Origin: Candidatus Micrarchaeota archaeon
Lineage (GTDB): Archaea > Micrarchaeota > Micrarchaeia > Anstonellales > Bilamarchaeaceae
Assembly (NCBI GenBank): GCA_043821365.1
Contig: JBDRCX010000006.1
Span: forward strand, 192,001-256,000
Length of the DNA stretch: 64,000 nt
Direction: 5' to 3'
Under the pieces are notes generated by a model, which searched no databases, was not told the origin of the DNA, and saw only the letters and a list, made by a program, of their open reading frames with translations. Of the stretch, positions 28,544-38,372 are shown piece after piece (the stretch's first letter is position 1; every line of letters begins with the position of its first letter). Position numbers and translations under genes: made by a program.

Positions 28544-29287
28544 ATGAAACTAGTTGTGCAAGATGCTCCAGCATTAAAATCTGCAATTGATTCGATAGTT
28601 TGTTTAGTTGAAGAAGGGCAGTTTGAGATAAAAAACGATGGCCTTTACCTTAAGGCAATGGACCCTTCACAGATCTCGATGGTATCTTTTACCATGCCAA
28701 AAACAGCATTCATAGAATATCATCTTCCAGAAGAGAGAAAATTAGGTTTGGATATTGGACAATTAGCAAACATATTAGCAAGAGGCAAAAGAGGGGAAAA
28801 AGCAGAACTTTCTGTCGAAGAAGGACGGCTCATCATAAAATTTTTTGGTGAGAAACACAAACGAACTTTCAAAATTCCACTTATCGAAACTGGAGATAGA
28901 ATACAGAAAGAACCAAAAATTGAATTCCAAAATTTTGCAAAAGTAAAATCAGATGCAATAAAAGAAACATTAAAGGATGCAAAATTGATCAGTTCGCATG
29001 TAAGACTTCAGCTCACTCCAGAACAATTTATTGTTGATGTTAGAGGAGAAAATGGAGATGTAAGAGCTGAATTTGATAAAGGAAGTGTGGAAGTATCTGA
29101 ACTCAATGTTGCAACTGCTTCAAGAGCAACTTTTCCTCTTCAGTATTTAGAGGACATGGTAAAGGCAACCAATGCTAGTTCTATTGTGACTGTGAATTTG
29201 GAAACAGACAGGCCGCTTAAACTAGAATATGACATAGAAGGGGCAAAAGTAGTGTATTATTTGGCACCGAGAATAGAAACTGATTGA
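28544..29287 (+). CDS. pcn: DNA sliding clamp PCNA
   Basis: AMDPSQISMV, LGLD and YYLAPR motifs; SD GGAGGT before ATG 28544. Confidence 0.97.
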   Translation: MKLVVQDAPALKSAIDSIVCLVEEGQFEIKNDGLYLKAMDPSQISMVSFTMPKTAFIEYHLPEERKLGLDIGQLANILARGKRGEKAELSVEEGRLIIKFFGEKHKRTFKIPLIETGDRIQKEPKIEFQNFAKVKSDAIKETLKDAKLISSHVRLQLTPEQFIVDVRGENGDVRAEFDKGSVEVSELNVATASRATFPLQYLEDMVKATNASSIVTVNLETDRPLKLEYDIEGAKVVYYLAPRIETD

Positions 29288-29404
29288 TCTGTGTTTAAGT
29301 ACATATACGAGAAGGAAAAGAGAGAAAAAGTTAGTGTAACACAGATTTAAAAATATATGGTGGCATTAAATATATATTCGTAGTAGCGAAGCGAGTAGGT
29401 CAGT

Positions 29405-30280
29405 ATGAAAAAGGTTGAATACACGTTTGTGCATAATGCGGAAGACAGATTACAGGCATTAGGTACTGGCAAGTATGACGACTACGAACTCCCAGAGTTT
29501 ACAAAAGAGGTTCCAGTTTCATCTAGAAAACAAGAAAATAGTGACAGTGTCACACTAGATTACTCCTGGAAACCAAGTAAAAGTGAGAGCATAAGAATCA
29601 AGAAAATAAGATTCAGAAAAGGAGAAGAGTTTTCTGACCTTTACAGAATAGCAGCAAGAGATGGAGCAGATAGCATAACATTCAAACACAACAATGTAAC
29701 TTACGTCATGAGAAAAACAGTGAGAGAAATAGCAGAGGCTCTGTTTAATGCATATGGAAAAATAAAGGGTGCATTAGAGCAAATAATTGGCTACCTTAGA
29801 ACAGCAATAGGAAATGATTATGTGATTGCCAAAGTTGACGGTGAGTCCTGGTCATTTGATAAAAGAATAGCAAAAAATGGAATACAATATGCAGACGTAG
29901 ATTCACTGGATGGACAAAATAAAAGTAAATTAGTTGATATGATAACAGAAAAGATATCAGAACTTCATTTTAGTAATTTAATAATAGGTAGATTCACACT
30001 GAATAATGTGCTTCTTGAAGAGAAAGACATAATATTCACAGATCTAAGAAAACTTCGTGTATCAAGAAAACGACCATTTGTTATAGAAGAATTCAAAGCA
30101 ATTCTACAATATTTGTTTGCAATAGGGATTGCACGAAGAGAGGACATATACGCATCAATAGCACATTACGCAGCAAAAAATGAAGATAGCTGTAATGAGT
30201 GGTACTGTGAAAAAACAGGTAAAAAGGCACGCGAAACTCTAGACGTAGTAAGCAAAATAGAAAGTGAAGTTTATAGTTAA
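29405..30280 (+). CDS. Protein-kinase-like-fold protein, probably a pseudokinase
   Basis: ELHFSNLIIGRFTLNNVLL...IIFTDLR resembles the LHxxxxxHGDxxxxNxxx...DF catalytic loop. Confidence 0.55.
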   Translation: MKKVEYTFVHNAEDRLQALGTGKYDDYELPEFTKEVPVSSRKQENSDSVTLDYSWKPSKSESIRIKKIRFRKGEEFSDLYRIAARDGADSITFKHNNVTYVMRKTVREIAEALFNAYGKIKGALEQIIGYLRTAIGNDYVIAKVDGESWSFDKRIAKNGIQYADVDSLDGQNKSKLVDMITEKISELHFSNLIIGRFTLNNVLLEEKDIIFTDLRKLRVSRKRPFVIEEFKAILQYLFAIGIARREDIYASIAHYAAKNEDSCNEWYCEKTGKKARETLDVVSKIESEVYS

Positions 30281-32578
30281 TTACATATTCTCTATTTTTG
30301 TAACTCCATCATTAGTTTTATCTCGGTCTAATCTATAGCTAGAAGCAAATTCAGAACCCATAAGTGCCTCATCGTGAGTAATTACAAATGTTTGATTTAC
30401 TACTTCTGGAACTTTATACTGTAGAGCAGATGAAAGAAGAGCAACTGCTTCAGTATCAAGATTATGAGTTGGTTCGTCAAGAATAAGCCAGCTTAAATTT
30501 GGAGTCAGGACCATGGCAAATGCAACCCTTAGTGCAAGCGCTGCGCATGCTCTTTCCCCCCCACTTGCCATTGTTTCAAGAGCTTTCCAATCATGCCCAT
30601 CATGAACCTCAAAAATATAATCTTTTTCACTAACCCCAAGCCTAAGGGCATGGTAATTTTTATATGGATAAAAAATCAGCCAGATTTCATTCATTGCATT
30701 GTTGATTGCCTCGATAAGATTTAGCCTTAATGACGTTTGAGTTTCTAGAAGAGCGTTCTTATAAACCAAAAGCTCCTCCCCCAATTTACTTAAAAATAAA
30801 AGCTCTTCTTCAATTAATTTGAACTTTGAAAGATTTTCCTGGATTATCTTTAATGTGTCTTTAGATGTACGCAATTCTGCTTCTAATGATTTTTTTAATG
30901 CAAGAAGACGTTCCACAATCAAACGTTCTTCTTCAGTCTGACTTCGTAGAGAATCAAATTCAGACAAATCGAATTTAGTTGAAGATAATTTTTCTTTTAC
31001 AACACTAAGTTGGTTATTTATTTGATCCCATTCTTTTTGTTTTTCCAAGAGCTTTTGCATATCTTTCAGTTGCTGACGCAATAAATCAAGATCAGCACTT
31101 ACTTTATCAATATTGATTTGGATTTGTTTCTTTTGTTCTGTTAATACAATTAAATCTGATTCATAAGTTTGTTTTTTATCGTTTAGTTTATCCATTGGTT
31201 CTATTTTCAACATCGAAAGTTTTTCAGATATAGAGATTATTTTTTGCATGCGACTATCAAGAAGTTTGCTTGTGTTGGTAAGGTCAGTTATAGATTTGGA
31301 CAGTTCTTTCAGTTTGGAATTTTTAAGTTCAAGTGTTTTTTCTTTCTCTATTTTTATGTGTGAAATAGAATGACCATCAAGATCAGAAAGACAGAGAGGA
31401 CATTTTGAAATTCCTTCTTTCAATTTTGGAACCAGTTCATTAATCTCGCTTATTTCCCTTTCTACTGATTTCCTATCTGAAGAAAGACCTAGAAGATTTT
31501 GTTTGGTTTCATCAAGTAGTTTTGTTAGAGATGCTATTGTTTCAGCTTTAAGTTCCTTCTTCAACTCTTCATTTAGAGTTGTGATATTCTTCTCAGTCTG
31601 TGAAATGTTTTTCAGAGTATTTTCAATGGACCCCAATTCTTTAGAAATGCTGTTTTGTTTTTGTTCTATTGTTTTTAGTTCATCAAGAAGTTTGTTCTTT
31701 TTAATGGTTGAATCAGTTGATTTTTTTTCTAATTCCTGGATTAAGATTGGTTCTGGTTTTTTATCACCAAGTTCTTTTTTTAACAAATCAACCTGAGTAG
31801 AAAAACGTAGAAGATCGCGGTCCAATTTTTCAAAAAGCTCTTTTTCTTTCTTTAAGTTTTCGAATTTTTTTACATTAGCTTCGAGACCAATAGATTTCTG
31901 TTCGATTTGCAGAGTTGTATCATTTAATTTTGATTCTGTAGTTGATATGGTTGTTGTGTATTGTTTTTCTTCGTTTTCCATTTTTTGCATTTCTGTTTTT
32001 GTAAATTTGCTTTCGATGGTTTGTTGTTTGGAACGGAGTTGATTGATAACAGTAACCACGTTTGCTCTGGCTGTTTCAAAACGATCCAGCCCTAATAGGG
32101 CGTCTATTTCCTCCCTTCTCCGACGTGGATCAAGATTGAGGAAATGATCAAGGTTATTTTGTTCTGAATAAATCGCCCTAGTAAACAGATCATAATCAAC
32201 TCCAATAAGGTTTTGTATATGTATTGTCACAGCAGATTGACCATGTTCAATTAGAGTGTTGTTTTTGTAGATTTCCGCTGTAGTAGACGCCCCTCTTTTA
32301 CCTCTTTCAATAGTACGCTCAACTCGATAAGATGAACCAGACCATTCAAATTCCAACACCACTTTTGCAGAGGGTTCATTGAATCGCACCAAATTATCTG
32401 TTTTAAGTTTTCGCCTTTCTATTGCTGGGAATGTACCAAAAAGTGCAAAACTGATGCCCTCGAGTATACTTGATTTTCCTGCGCCCATGATACCGACTAA
32501 GAGATTAGTACCTTTACGAAAGATAAGTTTGGTGTCAGAATGTGACCTCCAATTGATTAGGTGTATCGAATTGATCAT
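30281..32578 (-). CDS. rad50: Rad50/SbcC-type SMC-family ATPase
   Basis: GIMGAGKSS, long coiled coil, KCPLC zinc hook, ASGGE signature, LILDEPT and ITHD motifs. Confidence 0.88.
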   Translation of the reverse strand: MINSIHLINWRSHSDTKLIFRKGTNLLVGIMGAGKSSILEGISFALFGTFPAIERRKLKTDNLVRFNEPSAKVVLEFEWSGSSYRVERTIERGKRGASTTAEIYKNNTLIEHGQSAVTIHIQNLIGVDYDLFTRAIYSEQNNLDHFLNLDPRRRREEIDALLGLDRFETARANVVTVINQLRSKQQTIESKFTKTEMQKMENEEKQYTTTISTTESKLNDTTLQIEQKSIGLEANVKKFENLKKEKELFEKLDRDLLRFSTQVDLLKKELGDKKPEPILIQELEKKSTDSTIKKNKLLDELKTIEQKQNSISKELGSIENTLKNISQTEKNITTLNEELKKELKAETIASLTKLLDETKQNLLGLSSDRKSVEREISEINELVPKLKEGISKCPLCLSDLDGHSISHIKIEKEKTLELKNSKLKELSKSITDLTNTSKLLDSRMQKIISISEKLSMLKIEPMDKLNDKKQTYESDLIVLTEQKKQIQINIDKVSADLDLLRQQLKDMQKLLEKQKEWDQINNQLSVVKEKLSSTKFDLSEFDSLRSQTEEERLIVERLLALKKSLEAELRTSKDTLKIIQENLSKFKLIEEELLFLSKLGEELLVYKNALLETQTSLRLNLIEAINNAMNEIWLIFYPYKNYHALRLGVSEKDYIFEVHDGHDWKALETMASGGERACAALALRVAFAMVLTPNLSWLILDEPTHNLDTEAVALLSSALQYKVPEVVNQTFVITHDEALMGSEFASSYRLDRDKTNDGVTKIENM

Positions 32579-32651
32579 TGTGGTATAATTAAGTGAAAAG
32601 AAATTAAACAGAGACGGAAAACATTAAAAACAACGGGATGATATAACACCC

Positions 32652-34433
32652 ATGAAAAATGGCCTTTTGGTGTTTTTCCTACTGTTTTTATCAGTTGTAT
32701 TTCCTTTTTCTATTGAATCATACAATCACAAAACCACTGTTTTAGCTAATGGAGACCTGCAAATATATGAAGTGATAAATTTTACTTTAGATGAAAATTA
32801 TTCTGAAGGATTTAGAACCATCAGAAATGAAGATTGTGAAAATCTTGACGATATAGCCATAAAATCAATAAAAGTAAATGGATTTGATGTGCCATATAAA
32901 ACACAGTATTACAACGGTAAAGTTGAAATTGTTTGGGAAAAAACGTATCCTGGAACGAATAATGTAGAATTAGAATACACACTAAAAGATCGCGGCCAAC
33001 TGTATGATGATTTTGCAAAAATTTGTATTGAACATTATGGCGCTGGTTGGGAAGTAATAGGTAAGAAATTTCATTCTGAAGTAGTGTTACCAGGAGAAAC
33101 ATATGGGAAAGAAATGCATTTTGAGATATACTCAGACAAAGATGGCCAGGCAATTATAGATAATCTTACTATAGTAGTTGATATTCCTAACGTGCCACCT
33201 GGAAGTTATGTTGGTGGATGTTATCTTTATGATAAATCAGCATTACAAACAGACAATATTGTTAGTGGTTCGGCATACGAAATCTTAGAAGATGAGAGAA
33301 AAATTTATGGATCAAAAAATATATTATCTGCAGAACAAATCCCTCCTCTAGCAATAGTTTGTCTTCCTGCAGCCTTGATAATAGGTGGAGTAGCGATTGT
33401 TGCATTCAACAAAGAAAAGAAAAGACCACATTATCCAGAAAGTATTTTGCCCCCAGAAAAAGAAGAACCGGAAATTATATCTATATTGGTACGTAACTCT
33501 GCTCCAAAATCAGACATCATGGCTGCAACATTATTGGATTTGATAAATCGAGGAATTCTAGACATTATTGAGATGGGAAAAGAAAAAACAATATTAGTAC
33601 TGAAAAAACGCCAAAAAAACCTCAAAGAAAAAGAATCCATACTCATAGAAATGATATTCAATGGTGGGAATACGCACGTAAATTTGGATCATCTTGCTAG
33701 TGATTTTGATGCAATTAAAACAAAGGAAGAGGCACACAGAAATACAATAAGCCGCGGTATTGAAAAATTTGACAATGCAGTGACAAAAACAATAAAGGAA
33801 AATAAATTAGACCCAGTTGGTAGTTTATTACAATTGAAATGGTTGTTTTTGGTTGTAATTATTCTTTGCATTCCTTTTGGACTTTGTATTGGATCAAGCT
33901 GGGGAGCCATGTGGTTTGCCTGGGCAATTGTTACTGGAAATTACCTAGATATTATAGGCGTGTTTATGGCTACTGCTATATTCATTGCTTCTTGTGGTTA
34001 TTTAGCTAGTAGAATATATGCACCAGAAGTACCAAAAGAAAGAGAAGATCAGTATGCTAAATGGGATGGTTTTGTTAGGGCAATAAAATCAAGCAGGCTA
34101 AAAGAATACCCGCCAGAATCAGTAAAAATATGGGGCGGAATTTTGGTTTATGCAACTGCAATTGGTTTGGCAGACAGAGTAAAAATGCACTTATCTGAAC
34201 TAAACAGATTAGTTGTAATTAAAATGGAAAGATTAGACAAAATACGCCTTGCTTCACAGCATTTTCACAGATCAGCTTTGGCACTTAACAACTTGAGAAA
34301 ATACGGAAATAGAAAGGGAAGAACATCCGGAGGTTCACATGGGGGATTTTCATCCAGATCATCAGGTGGTTGGAGTTCTAGAGGTGGGGGATTTAGTAGA
34401 AGTTCATCAGGTGGAGGGGGATTTCGCCGCTAG
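32652..34433 (+). CDS. DUF2207-family membrane protein
   Basis: Signal peptide, FSIESY...NGDLQIYE, ATLLDLINRG, W..F, LVYATAIG and a Gly/Ser-rich tail. Confidence 0.85.
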   Translation: MKNGLLVFFLLFLSVVFPFSIESYNHKTTVLANGDLQIYEVINFTLDENYSEGFRTIRNEDCENLDDIAIKSIKVNGFDVPYKTQYYNGKVEIVWEKTYPGTNNVELEYTLKDRGQLYDDFAKICIEHYGAGWEVIGKKFHSEVVLPGETYGKEMHFEIYSDKDGQAIIDNLTIVVDIPNVPPGSYVGGCYLYDKSALQTDNIVSGSAYEILEDERKIYGSKNILSAEQIPPLAIVCLPAALIIGGVAIVAFNKEKKRPHYPESILPPEKEEPEIISILVRNSAPKSDIMAATLLDLINRGILDIIEMGKEKTILVLKKRQKNLKEKESILIEMIFNGGNTHVNLDHLASDFDAIKTKEEAHRNTISRGIEKFDNAVTKTIKENKLDPVGSLLQLKWLFLVVIILCIPFGLCIGSSWGAMWFAWAIVTGNYLDIIGVFMATAIFIASCGYLASRIYAPEVPKEREDQYAKWDGFVRAIKSSRLKEYPPESVKIWGGILVYATAIGLADRVKMHLSELNRLVVIKMERLDKIRLASQHFHRSALALNNLRKYGNRKGRTSGGSHGGFSSRSSGGWSSRGGGFSRSSSGGGGFRR

Positions 34434-35986
34434 TATTTCATGTTGGTTTTGATCTGGGGTTTTTTTGGTTTGAATCCCGGAGGTGGAATCCCTTCAATTG
34501 GTTTTTTTGTAAATATTGCTTTTAGAAATAAGATAAATATTAGTAATACCCCCCCATAGTCAAAGATAGGAACAAGGAAACAACAATAGAGTAGTACCCC
34601 ACCAACCCCGAATAAAGCAGTAAGAATACTAACTGAATTATGCATTGCATGGAATAATGCTGCAATTGGCATACCGATAAGAATTCCTAGACCAGGTGCA
34701 CGGAAACCACGAATTATGAAAAATGCTATAACAGCTCCAGTAATTGCAGTGTAAAAACCATGATTAGCAGAGAACACAATAGAACGAAGAATGAACAAAA
34801 CTACCCAACCAATGATATCTGAACCCATTGGATTGTTGAGGAAATAGATCCAGTCTTCTATGAATGCAAAACCCATACCAATAACAAAACCGTATACTAT
34901 TCCATCTTCTATTGAATCATATTCATGATGTTCGGATAATAAAGAAAGACCACTGCCCTTATAGCCCTCTTCTATTATTGGGGCGACTAAAAAACTTGAA
35001 AGAAACCCTAACCCTAATATTCCGAATAGCACTCCTGCTAATGTGTTTATGCCTATCGCCATAAGTGCGGATAGCATGCCCCAAAGGAATAATGTAATTA
35101 GAATTCTGACTGGTTCTCGCTCTTTGAAATCAACATACCACCAGGCAGCACACCATAGAAATGGTATGAAAAAAGCAGCCATACCAGAAATAACAAAACC
35201 AGTTAATGCGGGAAGCGATTTCCATGCTTCTGCACTCATAACCATGTAGGATAGAATGAAAATTATCCCAATAAATTCAAATGCCCAGAAATATGGGGAG
35301 GTAATTAATGAGTAGAATTTTTGTAAAATGGTGCTTGTATTTGCAAACGGGTGAAGTAGAGAACGTAATGAATATTCACCAGGGAATGAAAGTTTGTGTT
35401 TTGTCTCACTTGCAATTTTTAAAATTAGCAAGACCACTGGAACTATTATGGCAACATATACTCCAACTAATAGAAAAAAAGCAATTGTTGAGAACTCCCA
35501 GAAATTCACTTCATAATCAGACCAATCAAGAACAAACGATAGTGGATCTGTAGAGTATTCTTTTCCATTTTGTTCAAGGATAGCAAAAACTTCATAATTT
35601 CCTTTTCCTTCGTAATTGTATGGAATATAAGCGATACAATCAACTTTTGTTAGTCCAACATAATCACTTGTTTCATAAAACTCTTCAAGACAATCAATTT
35701 CATTTATCGATTTGCCATTGGCATAAATTTTAAGGTAAAGAAGACTTGTTGATGTTAATTTTGGGGTTTTTAAGGTAAGATTAATCTCATGAGGAGAATC
35801 ACTAATAGATAATGGGATGTTGATTGGTTGAATAGAAAAATCAGGGTGGTGAATAGTCGATATGGTATCAATTGTTTCAGGCCCTAAAACCATACTCAAA
35901 CCAAGTACAATAATACTAGCCATAATACCCAAAATTGCAAGGATTATAAGAAATCCAACAAAACCGCGATTAACAAGCCCTAGCAT
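34430..35986 (-). CDS. PrsW-family intramembrane protease with N-terminal extracellular domain
   Basis: APIIEEGYKG, GMGFAFIED, HGFYTAITG and HAMHN motifs; start placed at MLGLVNR. Confidence 0.88.
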   Translation of the reverse strand: MLGLVNRGFVGFLIILAILGIMASIIVLGLSMVLGPETIDTISTIHHPDFSIQPINIPLSISDSPHEINLTLKTPKLTSTSLLYLKIYANGKSINEIDCLEEFYETSDYVGLTKVDCIAYIPYNYEGKGNYEVFAILEQNGKEYSTDPLSFVLDWSDYEVNFWEFSTIAFFLLVGVYVAIIVPVVLLILKIASETKHKLSFPGEYSLRSLLHPFANTSTILQKFYSLITSPYFWAFEFIGIIFILSYMVMSAEAWKSLPALTGFVISGMAAFFIPFLWCAAWWYVDFKEREPVRILITLFLWGMLSALMAIGINTLAGVLFGILGLGFLSSFLVAPIIEEGYKGSGLSLLSEHHEYDSIEDGIVYGFVIGMGFAFIEDWIYFLNNPMGSDIIGWVVLFILRSIVFSANHGFYTAITGAVIAFFIIRGFRAPGLGILIGMPIAALFHAMHNSVSILTALFGVGGVLLYCCFLVPIFDYGGVLLIFILFLKAIFTKKPIEGIPPPGFKPKKPQIKTNMKY

Positions 35987-36037
35987 TGAAAGGTTATTGA
36001 AGTATAGGAATAAAAACCTGAGATTCGCAATAATGTT

Positions 36038-36104
36038 GCTACAATGACGACACAGGTGATCACTGAGGCACAGCCTGTGATGATTGACGTGCGGTCTGAG
36101 TAGT
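36038..36104 (+). ncRNA. Box C/D guide sRNA (predicted target 16S C1402, E. coli numbering)
   Basis: C ATGACGA 36044-50, D' CTGA 36063-66, C' GTGATGA 36077-83, D CTGA 36096-99; two 12-nt guides; terminal stem CTAC/GTAG; followed by a T6 tract. Confidence 0.88.
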
Positions 36105-36176
36105 TTTTTGTTGACTGGAATCGCGTTGTGTAACCAAATAATGAGAAAATACACACAAGTAAAAAGAGTTTATTTT

Positions 36177-36845
36177 ATGAATAATATACAAATCAAAATT
36201 CTATTGGCGTTTGTGCTTATGCCAATTGTTTTAGGATTAATGTTTTTCGTGCCTGCAGGAACAATAAATTATTGGCAGGGGTGGGCATATATTCTAGTGT
36301 TAACGGCGCCGATGATTTTTGTTTTGTTATATTTCCTGAAGAAAGATCCTGAATTTTTAGAAAGAAGAATGAGAATGAAAGAAAAAGAAACAAAACAACA
36401 ACTAATTATCAAGATCTCGGGGGGGATTTTTCTTATCGGATTTCTTATACCTGGTTTTGATAGATATTTTGGCTGGTCTCAAATACCTGATGGAATAAGT
36501 TTTATTGCGATGATTGTAGTATTTTTAGGATATGCTATGGTCTTTTTGACTTTCAAGGAAAATAGCTATGCTGGAAGAACAATAGAAGTTGAAAAAGGAC
36601 AATATGTAATATCAACAGGGCCGTATTCAATCGTGAGACATCCGATGTATGTTGGCACCAGTGCGATGTTTCTTGCAACACCAATTGCACTAGGTTCATA
36701 TGTTGCTTTTCCAATATTTTTATTATGGATTCCTTTGATAATTATGAGGATTTTGAATGAAGAAGAAGTACTGAAACATGAATTAAAAGGATATGAAGAG
36801 TATTGCAACAAAACGAAATATCGACTGGTGCCTTTTATTTGGTGA
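36177..36845 (+). CDS. Isoprenylcysteine carboxyl methyltransferase / PEMT-family membrane methyltransferase
   Basis: ENSYA, VISTGPYSIVRHPMY, RILNEEEVL...GYEEY and YRLVPFIW motifs. Confidence 0.9.
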   Translation: MNNIQIKILLAFVLMPIVLGLMFFVPAGTINYWQGWAYILVLTAPMIFVLLYFLKKDPEFLERRMRMKEKETKQQLIIKISGGIFLIGFLIPGFDRYFGWSQIPDGISFIAMIVVFLGYAMVFLTFKENSYAGRTIEVEKGQYVISTGPYSIVRHPMYVGTSAMFLATPIALGSYVAFPIFLLWIPLIIMRILNEEEVLKHELKGYEEYCNKTKYRLVPFIW

Positions 36846-37470
36846 GTGGATGTTTGAGAGGGGTTGGTTGTCTTTGGCCAGGGCATTGTGATGTAACTGG
36901 CCTTGAAACTGCCTTCCACCGTGGTCCTTCATATTGGAGATTTGCTCTGTGTATGCCACCAAGAATCGAACTTAGAGTGTGACCATTAGTTAATCTTGTA
37001 ACATCACAATATCTGAATCCAAAAACACTTGCAGCCATACGATCAGCTTCACTATCACCAAAACCAACTATAAAATCAAATTTTCTTTTGCCAGAAATTG
37101 CTTCGATAACATGTTCCGTAGGGATTCCAAGAGTAGCCAGTATACCATACATGGCAGTAAGTTTACCAATTTCATCACATGCACTTGGATGATGTTGAAA
37201 TACTACTGAGAGAATCTTTGATGGAAGTAGTCCACCAGTATTAGCCCGAGTAAATACATTAGATGGAACACCTGCCAGGTCCAAATGGTATGCAGCATCA
37301 TCATGAGAATGATTTGAAGCTAAGAATAAATCCATAGTACGGCTTGCCTCTGCTAGTGCATCAGGTAAACAAGATGTCATAGGTACAAGCTTTCCTGATT
37401 CCATCCTAATCAAAGTATCATTTACATCTAATGCCAGTACTTCAGCTGGGGTATTTAGTATATTATTCAT
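36835..37470 (-). CDS. Divergent HAD-superfamily hydrolase
   Basis: LDVNDTL (motif I), LASN (motif II) and GDSEAD (motif IV). Confidence 0.7.
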   Translation of the reverse strand: MNNILNTPAEVLALDVNDTLIRMESGKLVPMTSCLPDALAEASRTMDLFLASNHSHDDAAYHLDLAGVPSNVFTRANTGGLLPSKILSVVFQHHPSACDEIGKLTAMYGILATLGIPTEHVIEAISGKRKFDFIVGFGDSEADRMAASVFGFRYCDVTRLTNGHTLSSILGGIHRANLQYEGPRWKAVSRPVTSQCPGQRQPTPLKHPLTK

Positions 37471-37642
37471 AAAATCACTTTATGGGTAGGTCTAACTAAT
37501 TTTGTAATAAAAAATATGGAACGAAGTATTTAAATGCGTGTGTTATTTAAAGTTGGAAAACGTGTTTTTATAAGAAGCTTAATAAAACTGAATAAACCAA
37601 AAAACAATTAATAATTAACATAGTCTAGATTACGTGGTAAAT

Positions 37643-38335
37643 ATGGATTGGAAACTTGTTTTTGTTGTTTGTATGATAGGGATTGGGCTTAGTTATGCTT
37701 TTTCATTAAATGATATCTTGATGAGTTTTACTGATGATTGGTTTGATATGGGCCAGATAGAAACAGAAGAGCAGGACTACCAAAATTCATTTGATAATCA
37801 AACCGGATCAGTCGCGTATGCTTCTAACTCACAACAATTCCAAGAAGATCCTGTGCTTGATGATTTGGCCATCATGCCACAAAAGATAGACGATGCTCCA
37901 CCTGCTAGTAGCGGTGGACAAAATAGCACAAAACTAACGTACAGTGACATGTATGCAGAGTATTTCGGTTATACCTACATTCATGATAATTATGTTAGAG
38001 CAATATCTTTATCAACTAAAAGCAAAAATAACACCCCAATATATGTTGTCTCAGTATTTTTTGAACTTGAAACTATTGATCTAAATCATATATATGATGG
38101 ACCATTAGGTAGTATGCATTATTTAGAGGTAGAATACAAGAAAGTTGAAGACGCAAAAACAATGTACGAATTACTAAATGCAAAGGATGGACTTCCAGAA
38201 ATATGGTTCAATACAGAAGAATGTTATTATCAATTTGATGATAGAAAAGATCCAAAAGGAACAAAATTTGCATATTGTATTATAGATCCTTCAAGAGGAA
38301 AGGACCAACTAAGAGTTGGGCATGACATACAATAA
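37643..38335 (+). CDS. Exported acidic hypothetical protein
   Basis: Signal peptide MDWKLVFVVCMIGIGLSYA. Confidence 0.7.
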   Translation: MDWKLVFVVCMIGIGLSYAFSLNDILMSFTDDWFDMGQIETEEQDYQNSFDNQTGSVAYASNSQQFQEDPVLDDLAIMPQKIDDAPPASSGGQNSTKLTYSDMYAEYFGYTYIHDNYVRAISLSTKSKNNTPIYVVSVFFELETIDLNHIYDGPLGSMHYLEVEYKKVEDAKTMYELLNAKDGLPEIWFNTEECYYQFDDRKDPKGTKFAYCIIDPSRGKDQLRVGHDIQ

Positions 38336-38372
38336 TTATTTTCTATTTTTTCCAACGCAATTCCTACAATGA

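Noticed and set aside
29287-29346. 9-bp inverted repeat ATCTGTGTT/AACACAGAT after pcn
   Set aside because: Long unstructured loop; compatible with a terminator region or chance.
34320-34433. Gly/Ser/Arg-rich low-complexity repeat
   Set aside because: The normal C-terminal tail of DUF2207 proteins.
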